Of a stretch of 64,000 nt of DNA, positions 28,738 to 38,510 are shown one piece after another. A program made the translations under genes and the position numbers. The notes below the pieces were generated by a model, which was not told the DNA's origin, made no database searches, and worked only from the letters and a program-made list of their open reading frames with translations. Position 1 is the first letter of the stretch, and the number at the start of each line of letters is the position of its first letter. This DNA is from a virus: IMG/VR virus record IMGVR_UViG_3300042448_001704, positions 1-64,000 of that record. One strand, 5' to 3'.

Positions 28738-29645
28738 TGCCTGACAATAAAACTATTATTAATAAAAGAAACAATAAGGTAAGTGGAACATCTGTTTCAA
28801 CAATCAGTATACCTTTGACTGGTGCCGCACTATTGGCGTTTAATGAGACTCAAGCGCAAATCAGAACCACCAAGAGCAGTCTAGTTAGTAGTAACTCTTT
28901 TACAAGTACTTATAATATGAACATAGATCCATATATGAGGTTGCTAAAAAATGTTGAAACTGATGAGTTTTACGATTTTTATTTTCCTTTTTCCCCTGGT
29001 GAAATATCATACGAACAACTTTCTAATGAAATAGTTGAAGTCCCCAGAGCCGGCAGAACACCGTTGGTTATGTATAAGTCACAAAAGTTAATGAAACTTA
29101 GTTTTGAGTTTATGCTTGCGGTTCCTTTTGACGGTATGGTTGAATCAGTTAGTGATTCAATAGAACTGTTAAGGAAAATGGCTACGGACACAACCCGAAG
29201 TGTTCAATTTTTTAATTTTGACGATATGCTTACTAAGTCGTTGTTTTTATCTAAAGCACCTGTTACTTCTTTTTCAATAGTAGAAAGAACGAATAGGTTT
29301 TTTATTGCAGATCTTACAATTAGTAGTATTAGGAGAAATGCTGACAATCAGGTTACGAACGCAAATGTAAGCATTTCTTTTATTGAAAACAGAAACCCAG
29401 ATATAACAATTGTTGATATTCCAAAATTTAGAAAAGATCCTGTTCTTACTTGTCCTCAAAAATGCAAAAAGAATAATAAACCAGGCGCAAAAAGAACGGC
29501 ATGTATAGCAAAATGCTCTAAACCCCAACAAAAGCCATGCACTCTTCCAAAAGTGAGTTGCATGATGGATTCGTCAGGTAGAAATCGTAAGTATATTAAA
29601 GGGAAAATCACCACCGAACCATGCCCAGTGTGTAAGAGTAAATAA
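28737..29645 (+). CDS. Baseplate/tube-initiator protein with a Cys/Lys-rich C-terminal tail
   Basis: FPFSPGEISY...EVPRAGRTPL...LSFEF...ANVSISFIE, then a tail with 8 Cys. Confidence 0.6.
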   Translation: MPDNKTIINKRNNKVSGTSVSTISIPLTGAALLAFNETQAQIRTTKSSLVSSNSFTSTYNMNIDPYMRLLKNVETDEFYDFYFPFSPGEISYEQLSNEIVEVPRAGRTPLVMYKSQKLMKLSFEFMLAVPFDGMVESVSDSIELLRKMATDTTRSVQFFNFDDMLTKSLFLSKAPVTSFSIVERTNRFFIADLTISSIRRNADNQVTNANVSISFIENRNPDITIVDIPKFRKDPVLTCPQKCKKNNKPGAKRTACIAKCSKPQQKPCTLPKVSCMMDSSGRNRKYIKGKITTEPCPVCKSK

Positions 29646-29647
29646 AA

Positions 29648-30607
29648 ATGCTTCATATAAGTGATTTACATATAAAAAAACCAAACGGCAAAGCTGATTT
29701 TAATGAATCAATAACATCAATGACGGTTAACTGGACAATGGACGGAGCTTCGCGTTTGGAAGTTGATGTTGTTGATAAAGGTTTCAAAATGCTTAGAAAT
29801 GATTATTTTGAGCTTGACACCGTATACGAATGGGGCACGCGTGATTTTTTGCTGTCAACAATCAGTGTTCGTCAAGGAGATGGTGATTTTGCTGTGATTT
29901 CTCTTGAATTGTTTGAATCAAAATGTCAACAACTTAAAAACAATAAAAATCCTGGATCTTTCAAAGCGTTAAACGGTTTTCAGTATGCGGCAAATGTCGC
30001 CGCAAAAATGAAACTTGAATTTGTAGGAGAGAGAGTCAAGGGAGATCAACAAGCGATTCAGGTTAAAGCGAAAAACAATAGGGAGAGCGTGTGGCAAGTG
30101 CTTCAACGTACCGCTCAAGAAAACCAGTATGTGTGTTTTATAGCTAATAACACATTGTTTTTTGCATCCCCTATGTATCTTTTAGGAAGGTGGGGGGTTG
30201 ATTCTAAAAACTATCAACCAAAAGGGGAGTCGTCTGCCCGTAAATTTAGTTATGTTCCACTTGAATGGCCGACCCCAGAAAAAGAAAAAAGATTTTTATT
30301 GATGCAAATGCCAAAACTGCAAATAGCTAAAGATATGCCCACGAGTGGTTCTGGTTCTGCTTTAGTCTGGAGAGATAATGGATATAAACTTAGGGCTGGA
30401 ATGACATGTATCATTCGTGGCATTAGTCCCCAATTTAATAAGCCCTATTTGATAACTTCGGTTGAGTACAAAGTTGACGAACCAGAACCTGTGGCTATTG
30501 AATTTGCTACTGTTGATAAAATTTCTAATCCAGACACGAGAAACCTTGATGAAGTAGAAGATGACCCACCAACGAATGAAGTTATTATTGGAACCGAAGG
30601 TGATTAA
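29648..30607 (+). CDS. Baseplate hub (gp27/gpD-like)
   Basis: ESVWQVLQRTAQENQYVCFIANNTLFF, LRAGM...YLITSVEY; position. Confidence 0.75.
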   Translation: MLHISDLHIKKPNGKADFNESITSMTVNWTMDGASRLEVDVVDKGFKMLRNDYFELDTVYEWGTRDFLLSTISVRQGDGDFAVISLELFESKCQQLKNNKNPGSFKALNGFQYAANVAAKMKLEFVGERVKGDQQAIQVKAKNNRESVWQVLQRTAQENQYVCFIANNTLFFASPMYLLGRWGVDSKNYQPKGESSARKFSYVPLEWPTPEKEKRFLLMQMPKLQIAKDMPTSGSGSALVWRDNGYKLRAGMTCIIRGISPQFNKPYLITSVEYKVDEPEPVAIEFATVDKISNPDTRNLDEVEDDPPTNEVIIGTEGD

Positions 30608-30609
30608 TA

Positions 30610-30897
30610 ATGTTTAAATCTGATCCTTTTCGTAATATACAAGCACCTGAGAGTCCTGCGGTTCTTAAAGAACCTGGCATATATGTTGGGGTTGTAAAAA
30701 CAGTTGATGCGACAACTAGAACGGTGACTGTAATTGTTCCTGCGGTAGCGGATCAGAATACTGCCCTTGGCCCAGCAAGAGTGATGGCACCAATAGCTAG
30801 TGGGACACCGGCAATGCCAACTATTGGAATGAAAGTTGTTGTGGCTTTTTTAAATAACTCATACGATACTCTTGTTGTGTTGGGCAAATATGTTTGA
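30610..30897 (+). CDS. Baseplate spike OB-fold protein (gpV/gp5-N-like)
   Basis: GIYVGVV...VTVIVP...MPTIGMKVVVAF...VVLG. Confidence 0.75.
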   Translation: MFKSDPFRNIQAPESPAVLKEPGIYVGVVKTVDATTRTVTVIVPAVADQNTALGPARVMAPIASGTPAMPTIGMKVVVAFLNNSYDTLVVLGKYV

Positions 30898-30914
30898 TAT
30901 GAGAGAATAGATAA

Positions 30915-31211
30915 ATGGACACAATTAGAACCCCGCTTTCTTTCAATAGCGACGGAACAACAAAACATTATGTCGTTGGAACTGACGACTATTATGCGCA
31001 TCTAATAAGACAGATAACTCTCATACAGCCTGGGGAGTTGCCTCTGACTGTTAACTATGGAGTTGATGACCCTTCATTTGCTGAAATCAAGACGGCTACC
31101 ATTAGGGAAAAAATACATAAATATGTGGATAATGTTAATATAACGAAGGTTGCTGTTCAGCAATCCGATTCAGGTAATGTTAATCTATTGATTAGCTTTG
31201 AGGTAGTTTAA
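30915..31211 (+). CDS. Baseplate wedge gp25/gpW-like protein
   Basis: QPGELPLTVNYGVDDP; position before J. Confidence 0.75.
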   Translation: MDTIRTPLSFNSDGTTKHYVVGTDDYYAHLIRQITLIQPGELPLTVNYGVDDPSFAEIKTATIREKIHKYVDNVNITKVAVQQSDSGNVNLLISFEVV

Positions 31212-31212
31212 A

Positions 31213-32385
31213 ATGTCGTCACCAGATTTTTCTCAATATGTTGATTTAACTCTTTACGATGTTGAACCGCAAGATGTATATAGTGCTGCTTTAACATACG
31301 CACAAACAGCACTTCCTGAATTTATTCCCGTAATTGGAACAGTAGAAGACGCAGTACTTCAGGCAACAAGTTATATGACATACATTCTTGCCGCCGGAAT
31401 CAACAGAGTGCCCAACGGACTGATGGAAGGCATTATTAAATTAATGGGCTTCTCTAGACGTGAAGCAACATTTGCTACTGGTTCAGCATTGTTTACACTT
31501 AGCGTTAACACTGGAACAACAATTCCAGAAGGCACAATCATTGCCTACACCACGACGATTGACAACGAAGTTGTTGCCTACTCTTTTGCAACCACGACAG
31601 ACACGATTGTTCCATCTGGCAGTGACACGGTAAGCATTGCTATTGAAGCAACAGAAGAAGGACAATATCCCACTCTTTTAGATACGCAACAAATGATTTT
31701 AATTTCTTCCGTGCCGACCATCTTGGAAGTTTCCCTTGATGCCGACATCGTAAACGGTATCAATTCTGAAACAGATGCTCAATATTTTGACAGAGCAGCA
31801 CAGTTTCTTTCTTCAACAAATACTTCACTAGCAACAAAAAGACAATTAGTTAACTACATTGCTGCAAACTATCCTACTGTCAACATTTCCGCCGTTTACG
31901 ATACTACTAACTCTGCTGGCAATCTTTTGTTTGCAACCGCTGCGGCACCTGGATATGTAACCATTGCTGTTGCTCAAAGTGATGGCACAGCACTGGGTTC
32001 AACCATCAAAAACGCACTTCAGGCAGATGTAGCAGGAAAAGCAATAGCTGGCTTAACTGTCGGAGTGATTGACCTCTCTTCGTTTTCATGCTCAATAGCA
32101 GTTTCAATTGCTGTTGTTTCTGGATATACGCCCGCAACTGTTCAAGCAAGCGTTGCTGACGCTGTTGAGTCATACATTTCTCCCTTGGGGTGGGATCAGG
32201 AACAAACAATTAACCCCAACAAAATTGTTGCCTTAATTGCTGTTCTCCCAGGAGTTGGATATGTTTCCAGTGTTACCTTAACAATTCCTACATCTCCAGC
32301 AAACGTGACACTAGCTTCAAATGTAATAACCATTGCAAAAAAAGCATATTTTCCGGTAGGAATTGCCACCGTAACGGTGATTTAA
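31213..32385 (+). CDS. Baseplate J-like protein
   Basis: RREATFATG...TIPEGT...GINSETDAQYFDR...PGYVTIAV...LPGVGYV. Confidence 0.88.
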   Translation: MSSPDFSQYVDLTLYDVEPQDVYSAALTYAQTALPEFIPVIGTVEDAVLQATSYMTYILAAGINRVPNGLMEGIIKLMGFSRREATFATGSALFTLSVNTGTTIPEGTIIAYTTTIDNEVVAYSFATTTDTIVPSGSDTVSIAIEATEEGQYPTLLDTQQMILISSVPTILEVSLDADIVNGINSETDAQYFDRAAQFLSSTNTSLATKRQLVNYIAANYPTVNISAVYDTTNSAGNLLFATAAAPGYVTIAVAQSDGTALGSTIKNALQADVAGKAIAGLTVGVIDLSSFSCSIAVSIAVVSGYTPATVQASVADAVESYISPLGWDQEQTINPNKIVALIAVLPGVGYVSSVTLTIPTSPANVTLASNVITIAKKAYFPVGIATVTVI

Positions 32386-32386
32386 A

Positions 32387-33643
32387 ATGGGTTTCACTAC
32401 CACTTTAATGAACACTGGGAGCAGTGTATTCACTTCTTCAGTTGTGCCACCATCTTTTAGATGGTCTTTTACTAATGCAACTTCAACAATAGATTTGAAT
32501 GAATACAAAACAGCCGGATACGGTTCAATCTTTGTAGAAGCAGTTTCTTCCAGCACTTACACCTGCACGTACAACAAAGCGTTTACGACTGGTTGGACAA
32601 CAACAAGCCTCACTACTGATGGTGTGCGCGGATCAAAAATTGATTTTTTTTGTTTCATAAAAACATCAGAAACAATATCTATTTCGGCACAAGTTAACCT
32701 TCATCAAATTACTTCTGGAGGCAGTGAAGTCAACCTGATTTCAGGAGAAGTATTTAATACTAGTATTTTATCGGGTGACTGGACATTAGTCAGGGCAACA
32801 AGCGGTCTTGTTCCTGAAGACACGAACACGTACTCAATAGAAGTGGTTCTTTCAGTAACGGCCACAACTACCAATAGTGATATTTATATTCACAGACCTG
32901 TAATTTATAACAGATATGCATTTCTTGAAAACAATGCGATGGTAGAAACGCTAGATAATGTTCCAACAGTTTTTCATGAAGACGATTCACAGTATAACGA
33001 TTCTTTATTATCGCACCCATTTTATAGACTCATGGACATATTGACAGCCTCAATGGATGACATACTTTCGTTAATAACAACAATACAATACAACGATATT
33101 TCAGATGGTTACGATGTTGCTATTCCTGAAACAAAAAGTATTTTAATTGATGCAGATGTGGTGGCTCGTGGTTATACGGATTGGTTAGCGCAATTTGTTG
33201 GAGTAAAACTACAAAACCCCTCTGGTATAGCAACCCCTTGGGAGAACTTGCCAGGAACATGGAATGGTATTGACTTAATTGACACGGTTGATTCGGCTGG
33301 TGACTCTGTTCAATGGAAACTTCTTGAAGCGTACAATCCTGAACCTTCTAACCTTTTAGAATTTCTACGTTGGCAAATAAAATATGCATATACGGGAATT
33401 AATGCAGGTTCAAGAAACTCTGTTATTAATGCCGCAAAATGGATGTGCACGGGGACTAAGCAAGTCAATTTGACCTGCGATGTTGCAACGACTCCATTTG
33501 TTCTTGCGGTTACAACAAAATTGTCTGAATTTTCAATTCCAGATACCGACTATGTTGTCGGTGACGACTCTCAAGAGATAATAGACATTTTAAATGAAGT
33601 TAAGCCTTTGGGCTACACAATTACCCATAGTTTTATTTCATAG
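32387..33643 (+). CDS. Baseplate I-like wedge protein with an N-terminal beta domain
   Basis: DWLAQFVGV...LRWQI...GSRNSVINAA...EVKPLGY. Confidence 0.7.
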   Translation: MGFTTTLMNTGSSVFTSSVVPPSFRWSFTNATSTIDLNEYKTAGYGSIFVEAVSSSTYTCTYNKAFTTGWTTTSLTTDGVRGSKIDFFCFIKTSETISISAQVNLHQITSGGSEVNLISGEVFNTSILSGDWTLVRATSGLVPEDTNTYSIEVVLSVTATTTNSDIYIHRPVIYNRYAFLENNAMVETLDNVPTVFHEDDSQYNDSLLSHPFYRLMDILTASMDDILSLITTIQYNDISDGYDVAIPETKSILIDADVVARGYTDWLAQFVGVKLQNPSGIATPWENLPGTWNGIDLIDTVDSAGDSVQWKLLEAYNPEPSNLLEFLRWQIKYAYTGINAGSRNSVINAAKWMCTGTKQVNLTCDVATTPFVLAVTTKLSEFSIPDTDYVVGDDSQEIIDILNEVKPLGYTITHSFIS

Positions 33644-33672
33644 TTGTATACTAGGTAGGTTCAGGAGAATAT

Positions 33673-34821
33673 ATGGCAGCGACACAAAGCAACTCACCTC
33701 GGTTTAGTTTATACACATGGGGATCAAGCTCTGACGACTTCACTCGTGAACAAATGACTTTATCGCATGAAAATGTTGAATCATACGGTGCGTTATTCTT
33801 AACGGGAGCTGGTGCCCCGAGCACTGCAAACAACACAACAGAGCGATCCATATTCTGGGACTCAACCAACTCTCATCTTTATTTTCGTGGAACAAGTGGA
33901 ACGGCGTGGACGAGAATACCTTTCTCTTTCGGTACAGGAATAGTTCAAATAACAGCCGGAGCAACCCTTAGTGGTGGTTCTGGATTTGACCTAGCACGAG
34001 CCAACCATGTTCATAGTGTTTCTACAGCCGCGGCTTCAAGTCTCGGTTCGGCAAACGCAGAGGGTTCATCTTCTTCTCTTGCTAGAGCTGACCATGTTCA
34101 TACAATTGCGGCCGGCCACATTGTTGACGCAATGGTTTCTGCAACTGCGGCTATTGCTGGTTCAAAAATATCTGGTGCGGTTCCTACTGCAAGTGCTTGG
34201 GCGACAGGAAGAACCATCACCCTTGCGGGGGATTTAACTGGCTCTGTTACTCTTGACGGAAGCGCAAACGTCACGCTTACAGCAGTTGTCGTTGATGAAA
34301 GCCATGCTCACGCAGCTCAATATCAGCCTGTTGACGCCGACCTGACGGCACTTGCAGCACTCTCCACTACGGGAATTGTTGCCCGAACAGCATCTAATAC
34401 TTATGTTCCACGAAGCATTGCAACTTCTGGAACTGGCATAAGTATTTCTAACGGTGATCTTGTTTCTGGCAATGCAACAATCACCCTCAACAGCGATACT
34501 ACGGCAACCATAAATACAATCGTTTTACGAGATTCGGCTGGTCGGTTCCGTGCGGTAGATCCATCACATGTGTCAGATGTGGCTACAAAAAACTACACCG
34601 ACACAGCAGACGCCCTCAAAGCCAACTCAGCAGATGTTTACACAAAAACAGCAGTAAACAACGCAAAACTTTACCAGTATGGAAACACCACAAGCGGACA
34701 AGGCGTAGGACTTCCAACAGACGCCGCTCGCGTCACGCCACGCATATATGTCCAAGCAACCGAGCCAACATACCCATCGGGTCAGGTTGCGGTAACTGGC
34801 GACATTTGGTTTGAAATCTAA
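33673..34821 (+). CDS. Tail fibre protein
   Basis: ARANHVH/ARADHVH repeats, RTITLAGDLTGSV, DADLTALAAL, ATKNYTD, GDIW. Confidence 0.8.
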   Translation: MAATQSNSPRFSLYTWGSSSDDFTREQMTLSHENVESYGALFLTGAGAPSTANNTTERSIFWDSTNSHLYFRGTSGTAWTRIPFSFGTGIVQITAGATLSGGSGFDLARANHVHSVSTAAASSLGSANAEGSSSSLARADHVHTIAAGHIVDAMVSATAAIAGSKISGAVPTASAWATGRTITLAGDLTGSVTLDGSANVTLTAVVVDESHAHAAQYQPVDADLTALAALSTTGIVARTASNTYVPRSIATSGTGISISNGDLVSGNATITLNSDTTATINTIVLRDSAGRFRAVDPSHVSDVATKNYTDTADALKANSADVYTKTAVNNAKLYQYGNTTSGQGVGLPTDAARVTPRIYVQATEPTYPSGQVAVTGDIWFEI

Positions 34822-35003
34822 TGCCCGCCTGCCGCGTTTTCATTGATAATGAATGGAAACTAGTTAAGAATTTCTATATTAATAAAGATGGTTTTGGATT
34901 TGTTCCTCTTGAGTCAATTAAAGTTATGTCTGATACTGGATGGGTTATTGTCCAGTCAGAAGGATGGACAACGCTTCTGTCTAGCGAACTTGTTGGCATC
35001 TAA
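34821..35003 (+). CDS. Small fibre-associated protein
   Basis: 60 aa; Trp-periodic beta pattern; coupled to both neighbours. Confidence 0.6.
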   Translation: MPACRVFIDNEWKLVKNFYINKDGFGFVPLESIKVMSDTGWVIVQSEGWTTLLSSELVGI

Positions 35004-35350
35004 TGGGAGACACCGCAAACACTATTTTTACGATTGTTGGGTTAATTACCGCAACCATTTCGGCGTTTGTAGTTTTGAGAGGTCAAAATCTTAATTTCAG
35101 AACATCCCTACATGGGAACAGTAATCAGGAAATGAAAACAATTTTTGACGCTTATTCTTTAGTTGTTGAAGAATTAAGAAGTGAAGTTGAAAGACTTAAT
35201 GTGGTTGTTTTAGAAAACCAGGAAGCATTATTTGAACAGGGCGAAGAAGTCATTAGATGCGAACAAAGAAATAATGAACTTATAGATTTGATTAATGTAT
35301 TACAGGACAGAATAAGCGTACTGGAGGCCACCAATGGCGGACAACAATGA
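35003..35350 (+). CDS. N-terminal TM plus coiled-coil protein
   Basis: IFTIVGLITATISAFVVL followed by heptads. Confidence 0.7.
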   Translation: MGDTANTIFTIVGLITATISAFVVLRGQNLNFRTSLHGNSNQEMKTIFDAYSLVVEELRSEVERLNVVVLENQEALFEQGEEVIRCEQRNNELIDLINVLQDRISVLEATNGGQQ

Positions 35351-35576
35351 GGAAACTGTTCTTAAAACATTTCTAGATCTTATGAAAAATTCAATGCCCG
35401 ATTCTTTAATCTCTAACTATGTGGTTATTGCTGAGGTTGTTGGCAATGAAGCAAATCAACTTTCTATCCTTACAAGCCCTGGTATGACGCCGTGGTTAGC
35501 GCAGGGGATGTTGCAATCTTCCATAGACATGATTATGTCTGGGCAAGAAACATATTTTGAAGACGAAGACGAATAG
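35334..35576 (+). CDS. Small acidic hypothetical protein
   Basis: GGAGG RBS; YVVIAE...MTPWLAQGML. Confidence 0.7.
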   Translation: MADNNEETVLKTFLDLMKNSMPDSLISNYVVIAEVVGNEANQLSILTSPGMTPWLAQGMLQSSIDMIMSGQETYFEDEDE

Positions 35577-35641
35577 CACATTTACTTACCCTGATACGCT
35601 ATTTCATAGTCTAAAATTAGCATCAGGTAACCGGAGGAACC

Positions 35642-35995
35642 ATGATTGCTGGAATTTATAATATAACTTGCGAACAGGGTGCTACATTTACACGAACTTT
35701 CACAATAACTGACCCAGATGGTGACATTGTTAACTTAACTGGTTACACAGGCCGTATGCAGGTTCGTAGAGATATTGACTCTACAGCGACACCACTAGTA
35801 GAACTGACTACAGCTAATGGAAGACTTGTAATAGTTCCATTGTTGGGTGAAATAACCATCACCTTGACGCCACAATTAACAGCACCAATTACACGTGATG
35901 GTGTCTATGACCTTGAAATAGTTAACACAAGTTCTGGGGTTGTTTACCGCGTACTAAAAGGTTCATTTAAGATTGACAAAGAGGTCACTCGATGA
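35642..35995 (+). CDS. Ig-like virion structural protein (BppU-N-like)
   Basis: YNITCEQGATF...NLTGYTGRMQVR...VYDLEI...RVLKGSF...EVTR. Confidence 0.7.
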   Translation: MIAGIYNITCEQGATFTRTFTITDPDGDIVNLTGYTGRMQVRRDIDSTATPLVELTTANGRLVIVPLLGEITITLTPQLTAPITRDGVYDLEIVNTSSGVVYRVLKGSFKIDKEVTR

Positions 35996-36171
35996 CTCTT
36001 CCTCTTGACCCCGCTTTTGATGTAACCGTAGAGGAACTGCGGAATACGGTAATAGTTGATCAGGCTGCTCCAAATAACGTAACTGTTCAAGTCAACACAA
36101 AACTTAAATCCGGATCTGTTGCCATAGGCTACGGTTCGGGTGCGCCCTGGACGATAGTAGTGGACATCTAA
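35992..36171 (+). CDS. 59-aa hypothetical protein, below the track cutoff
   Basis: ATGA overlap with the previous gene; MTLPLDPAFDV...YGSGAPWTIVVDI; TAA followed at once by an in-frame ATG at 36172. Confidence 0.65.
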   Translation: MTLPLDPAFDVTVEELRNTVIVDQAAPNNVTVQVNTKLKSGSVAIGYGSGAPWTIVVDI

Positions 36172-36507
36172 ATGCCAAACATTGCAAGCGATTACGGCGA
36201 CATTGGTGATTACTACATAGATGTTGACAGTGGAGACTTTTACGGTCCCAAAACAGCAGACGGATGGCCTGACACTCCGTTCTTTACGGCTGTTACAACA
36301 GATACTCAGCAAAACGAGCGACACGTTCACACACAAAGCACATCAAGTACCATATGGACAATAAATCATAGCCTTGGAGGTCGTCCGTCGGTTACCGTAG
36401 TTGATTCTTCTGATACTATGGTAATTGGTGAGGTAACATATGTGAACAGCACACAAGTACGTGTTTCTTTCTCAGCAGCATTCTCCGGAAAAGCATATCT
36501 CACATAG
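36172..36507 (+). CDS. Small virion/fibre protein
   Basis: GDYYIDVDSGDFYGPK...W and HTQSTSSTIWTINHSLGGRPSVTVVD...FSGKAYL. Confidence 0.75.
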   Translation: MPNIASDYGDIGDYYIDVDSGDFYGPKTADGWPDTPFFTAVTTDTQQNERHVHTQSTSSTIWTINHSLGGRPSVTVVDSSDTMVIGEVTYVNSTQVRVSFSAAFSGKAYLT

Positions 36508-36517
36508 GTGGCATTAA

Positions 36518-37822
36518 ATGGCAACAAAATTTTTAACAAACCTTGACCTTAATCAAAACCAACTACTTAACGCCACGTTTGAAGTATTGGCCACCGACCC
36601 TAGTTCTGGCAACTTTGAGGGCAGGTTAATCTACAACTCAACAACTGACACGATTAAGGTTTATGCCAATAGTGCTTGGCGCTCACTTCCTCATTCAATC
36701 GTTTCTGGTGGCGGAGCCGGAATCGCTGAAGCACTTACCGTTTCTGAGTCAAACGGTACAGTTACCCTCACTCTCAATGTTGCAGATACCGACAGTGCTG
36801 GTTTGCTTCCAGCTGCAATGTGGAACATGCTTACGGACGCAACTCCTGATGCAACTGCTTCTAAATTGGTCAAAAGAGATGGAAATGGTAATGCCAAAGT
36901 TGCCACCCCGACAGATGCGGCACATATTGCTACCAAGGGTTATGTTGACGCTGCCCGCCAGGGTCTTGATGTCAAGGCTTCAGTAAGAGCTGCCACCACT
37001 GGAGCAATTAACCTTTCAACCGATCTTCAAAACGGCGATGTACTTGACGGGGTAACACTCGTTACTGGAGACCGCGTTCTTGTCAAGAATCAAGGTTCTG
37101 CTTCCGAAAACGGTATTTATGTTGTCGTTGCTTCTGGCGCAGCTTCTAGATCATCAGACGCAAACGGAACAGCCGATACTGGTGAGCTTACAAGTGGAAC
37201 CTTCACTTTCGTAGAAGAAGGAACTGTCAACTTTGATTCTGGTTTCGTGGTTTCAACCAATGGAACAATCACTGTTGGTACAACAGGCATTGTTTGGACA
37301 CAGTTCTCTGGTGCTGGTTCATTTGAAGCTGGCGACGGACTCTCAAAGTCTGGTACGACAGTAAATGTCAATGTCACCGCCAACAGAACAGCAATTACCG
37401 CTGATGCGATTGATATTGCATCAACATATGTGGGTCAGTCTTCAATCACGACCCTTGGAACAATCACCACTGGTGTTTGGAACGGTACAGATGTTGCGGT
37501 CGCAGACGGTGGTTCTGGTGCATCCAACGCCTCAGACGCCCGTACAAATCTTGGATTTACAACAACCTCTGGTCAAACAACTTCTACCGCAGTTCTTGCT
37601 CGCGTCGTTAATCAGCAATGTGCGGCTTCAGTTGGTACAACCTCAGTAACAACAGTTACACACAACTTTGGTACTAAAAATGTCGCTGTGCAGATTTACG
37701 AAGTTTCTTCTGGTGCAACCGTCATTGGCGATGTTGTTAGAAGCACAGATGATTCGGTGACCGTAACAATGAACGGTTCTTCAATATTGTTAAACGATTA
37801 CAAAATTGTTGTAACAGGATAG
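36518..37822 (+). CDS. Tail fibre protein
   Basis: ATKGYVD...GLDVKASVRAATT...GDRVLVKNQ...ENGIY; GQSSITTLGTITTGVWNG; ARTNLG. Confidence 0.82.
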   Translation: MATKFLTNLDLNQNQLLNATFEVLATDPSSGNFEGRLIYNSTTDTIKVYANSAWRSLPHSIVSGGGAGIAEALTVSESNGTVTLTLNVADTDSAGLLPAAMWNMLTDATPDATASKLVKRDGNGNAKVATPTDAAHIATKGYVDAARQGLDVKASVRAATTGAINLSTDLQNGDVLDGVTLVTGDRVLVKNQGSASENGIYVVVASGAASRSSDANGTADTGELTSGTFTFVEEGTVNFDSGFVVSTNGTITVGTTGIVWTQFSGAGSFEAGDGLSKSGTTVNVNVTANRTAITADAIDIASTYVGQSSITTLGTITTGVWNGTDVAVADGGSGASNASDARTNLGFTTTSGQTTSTAVLARVVNQQCAASVGTTSVTTVTHNFGTKNVAVQIYEVSSGATVIGDVVRSTDDSVTVTMNGSSILLNDYKIVVTG

Positions 37823-37828
37823 GAAAAT

Positions 37829-38017
37829 ATGAAAATCACAGCAGAACAAAAAGCAATGGCAGCATCGTACGCAAGAAGCGTCCTTGGTGCAGCAGTCGCA
37901 GTTTACGCTTCAACAGGAGATATCAAGATGGCGGCAAATGCTCTCTGGGCAGCAGGCCTTCCTGTTATCATGCGTTATCTGAATCCAAACGACAAAGCAT
38001 TCGGCAAAAAGGCTTAA
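37829..38017 (+). CDS. Small holin-like membrane protein
   Basis: 62 aa, two hydrophobic helices, basic C-terminus MRYLNPNDKAFGKKA. Confidence 0.55.
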   Translation: MKITAEQKAMAASYARSVLGAAVAVYASTGDIKMAANALWAAGLPVIMRYLNPNDKAFGKKA

Positions 38018-38060
38018 TGCCTTGCCCTGAGGGGCATTAACAAAGAAAGCGATTGAGGTC

Positions 38061-38510
38061 GTGGCACAGAAATTTACAGTTCCCGTAACTATACGCAACC
38101 TAACTTCTGCCAGCTCCGAAGCTTTCACAATATACGTTGACCAAGATGCTCATCCACGCCTACAAGTTCAGGCTGGTGGTCGTCTTGTTTGGGGTACTGG
38201 TGGGGTAACTGGAGATGTGAACCTTTACCGTTCTGATACAAACATACTGACAACAGATGATTTGTTTAAAGCAGCTTCCGGTCTTGTCACGCTTACTACT
38301 GCGGGCCCACCGACAGCATCTCTTCCTGACGGTGCTCTTGCTGTTGACTCGCTTAATGATGATTTTTACTTTCGCTCTGGTGGCGAATGGAAACTTACTA
38401 GTGGTGGATCAATATCGGGAGACATTGATGGCGGAAACACGCTTAATGATATTCTTGAGGCAGAAGTTTCAAATTATGCGATAATTACATTTGACGGAGA
38501 AGAACTATAA
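38061..38510 (+). CDS. Fibre-associated protein
   Basis: GTG start after GAGG; GRLVWGTGG...DVNLYRS...FYFRSGGEW...IDGG. Confidence 0.7.
   Translation: MAQKFTVPVTIRNLTSASSEAFTIYVDQDAHPRLQVQAGGRLVWGTGGVTGDVNLYRSDTNILTTDDLFKAASGLVTLTTAGPPTASLPDGALAVDSLNDDFYFRSGGEWKLTSGGSISGDIDGGNTLNDILEAEVSNYAIITFDGEEL

Noticed and set aside
22173-33643. Bacterial eCIS or tailocin
   Set aside because: Portal, protease, terminase and neck genes show a complete phage.
38014-38040. Hairpin TTAATGCC...GGCATTAA as a terminator
   Set aside because: The inverted repeat is real but lacks a U-tract on the coding strand; function unsupported.
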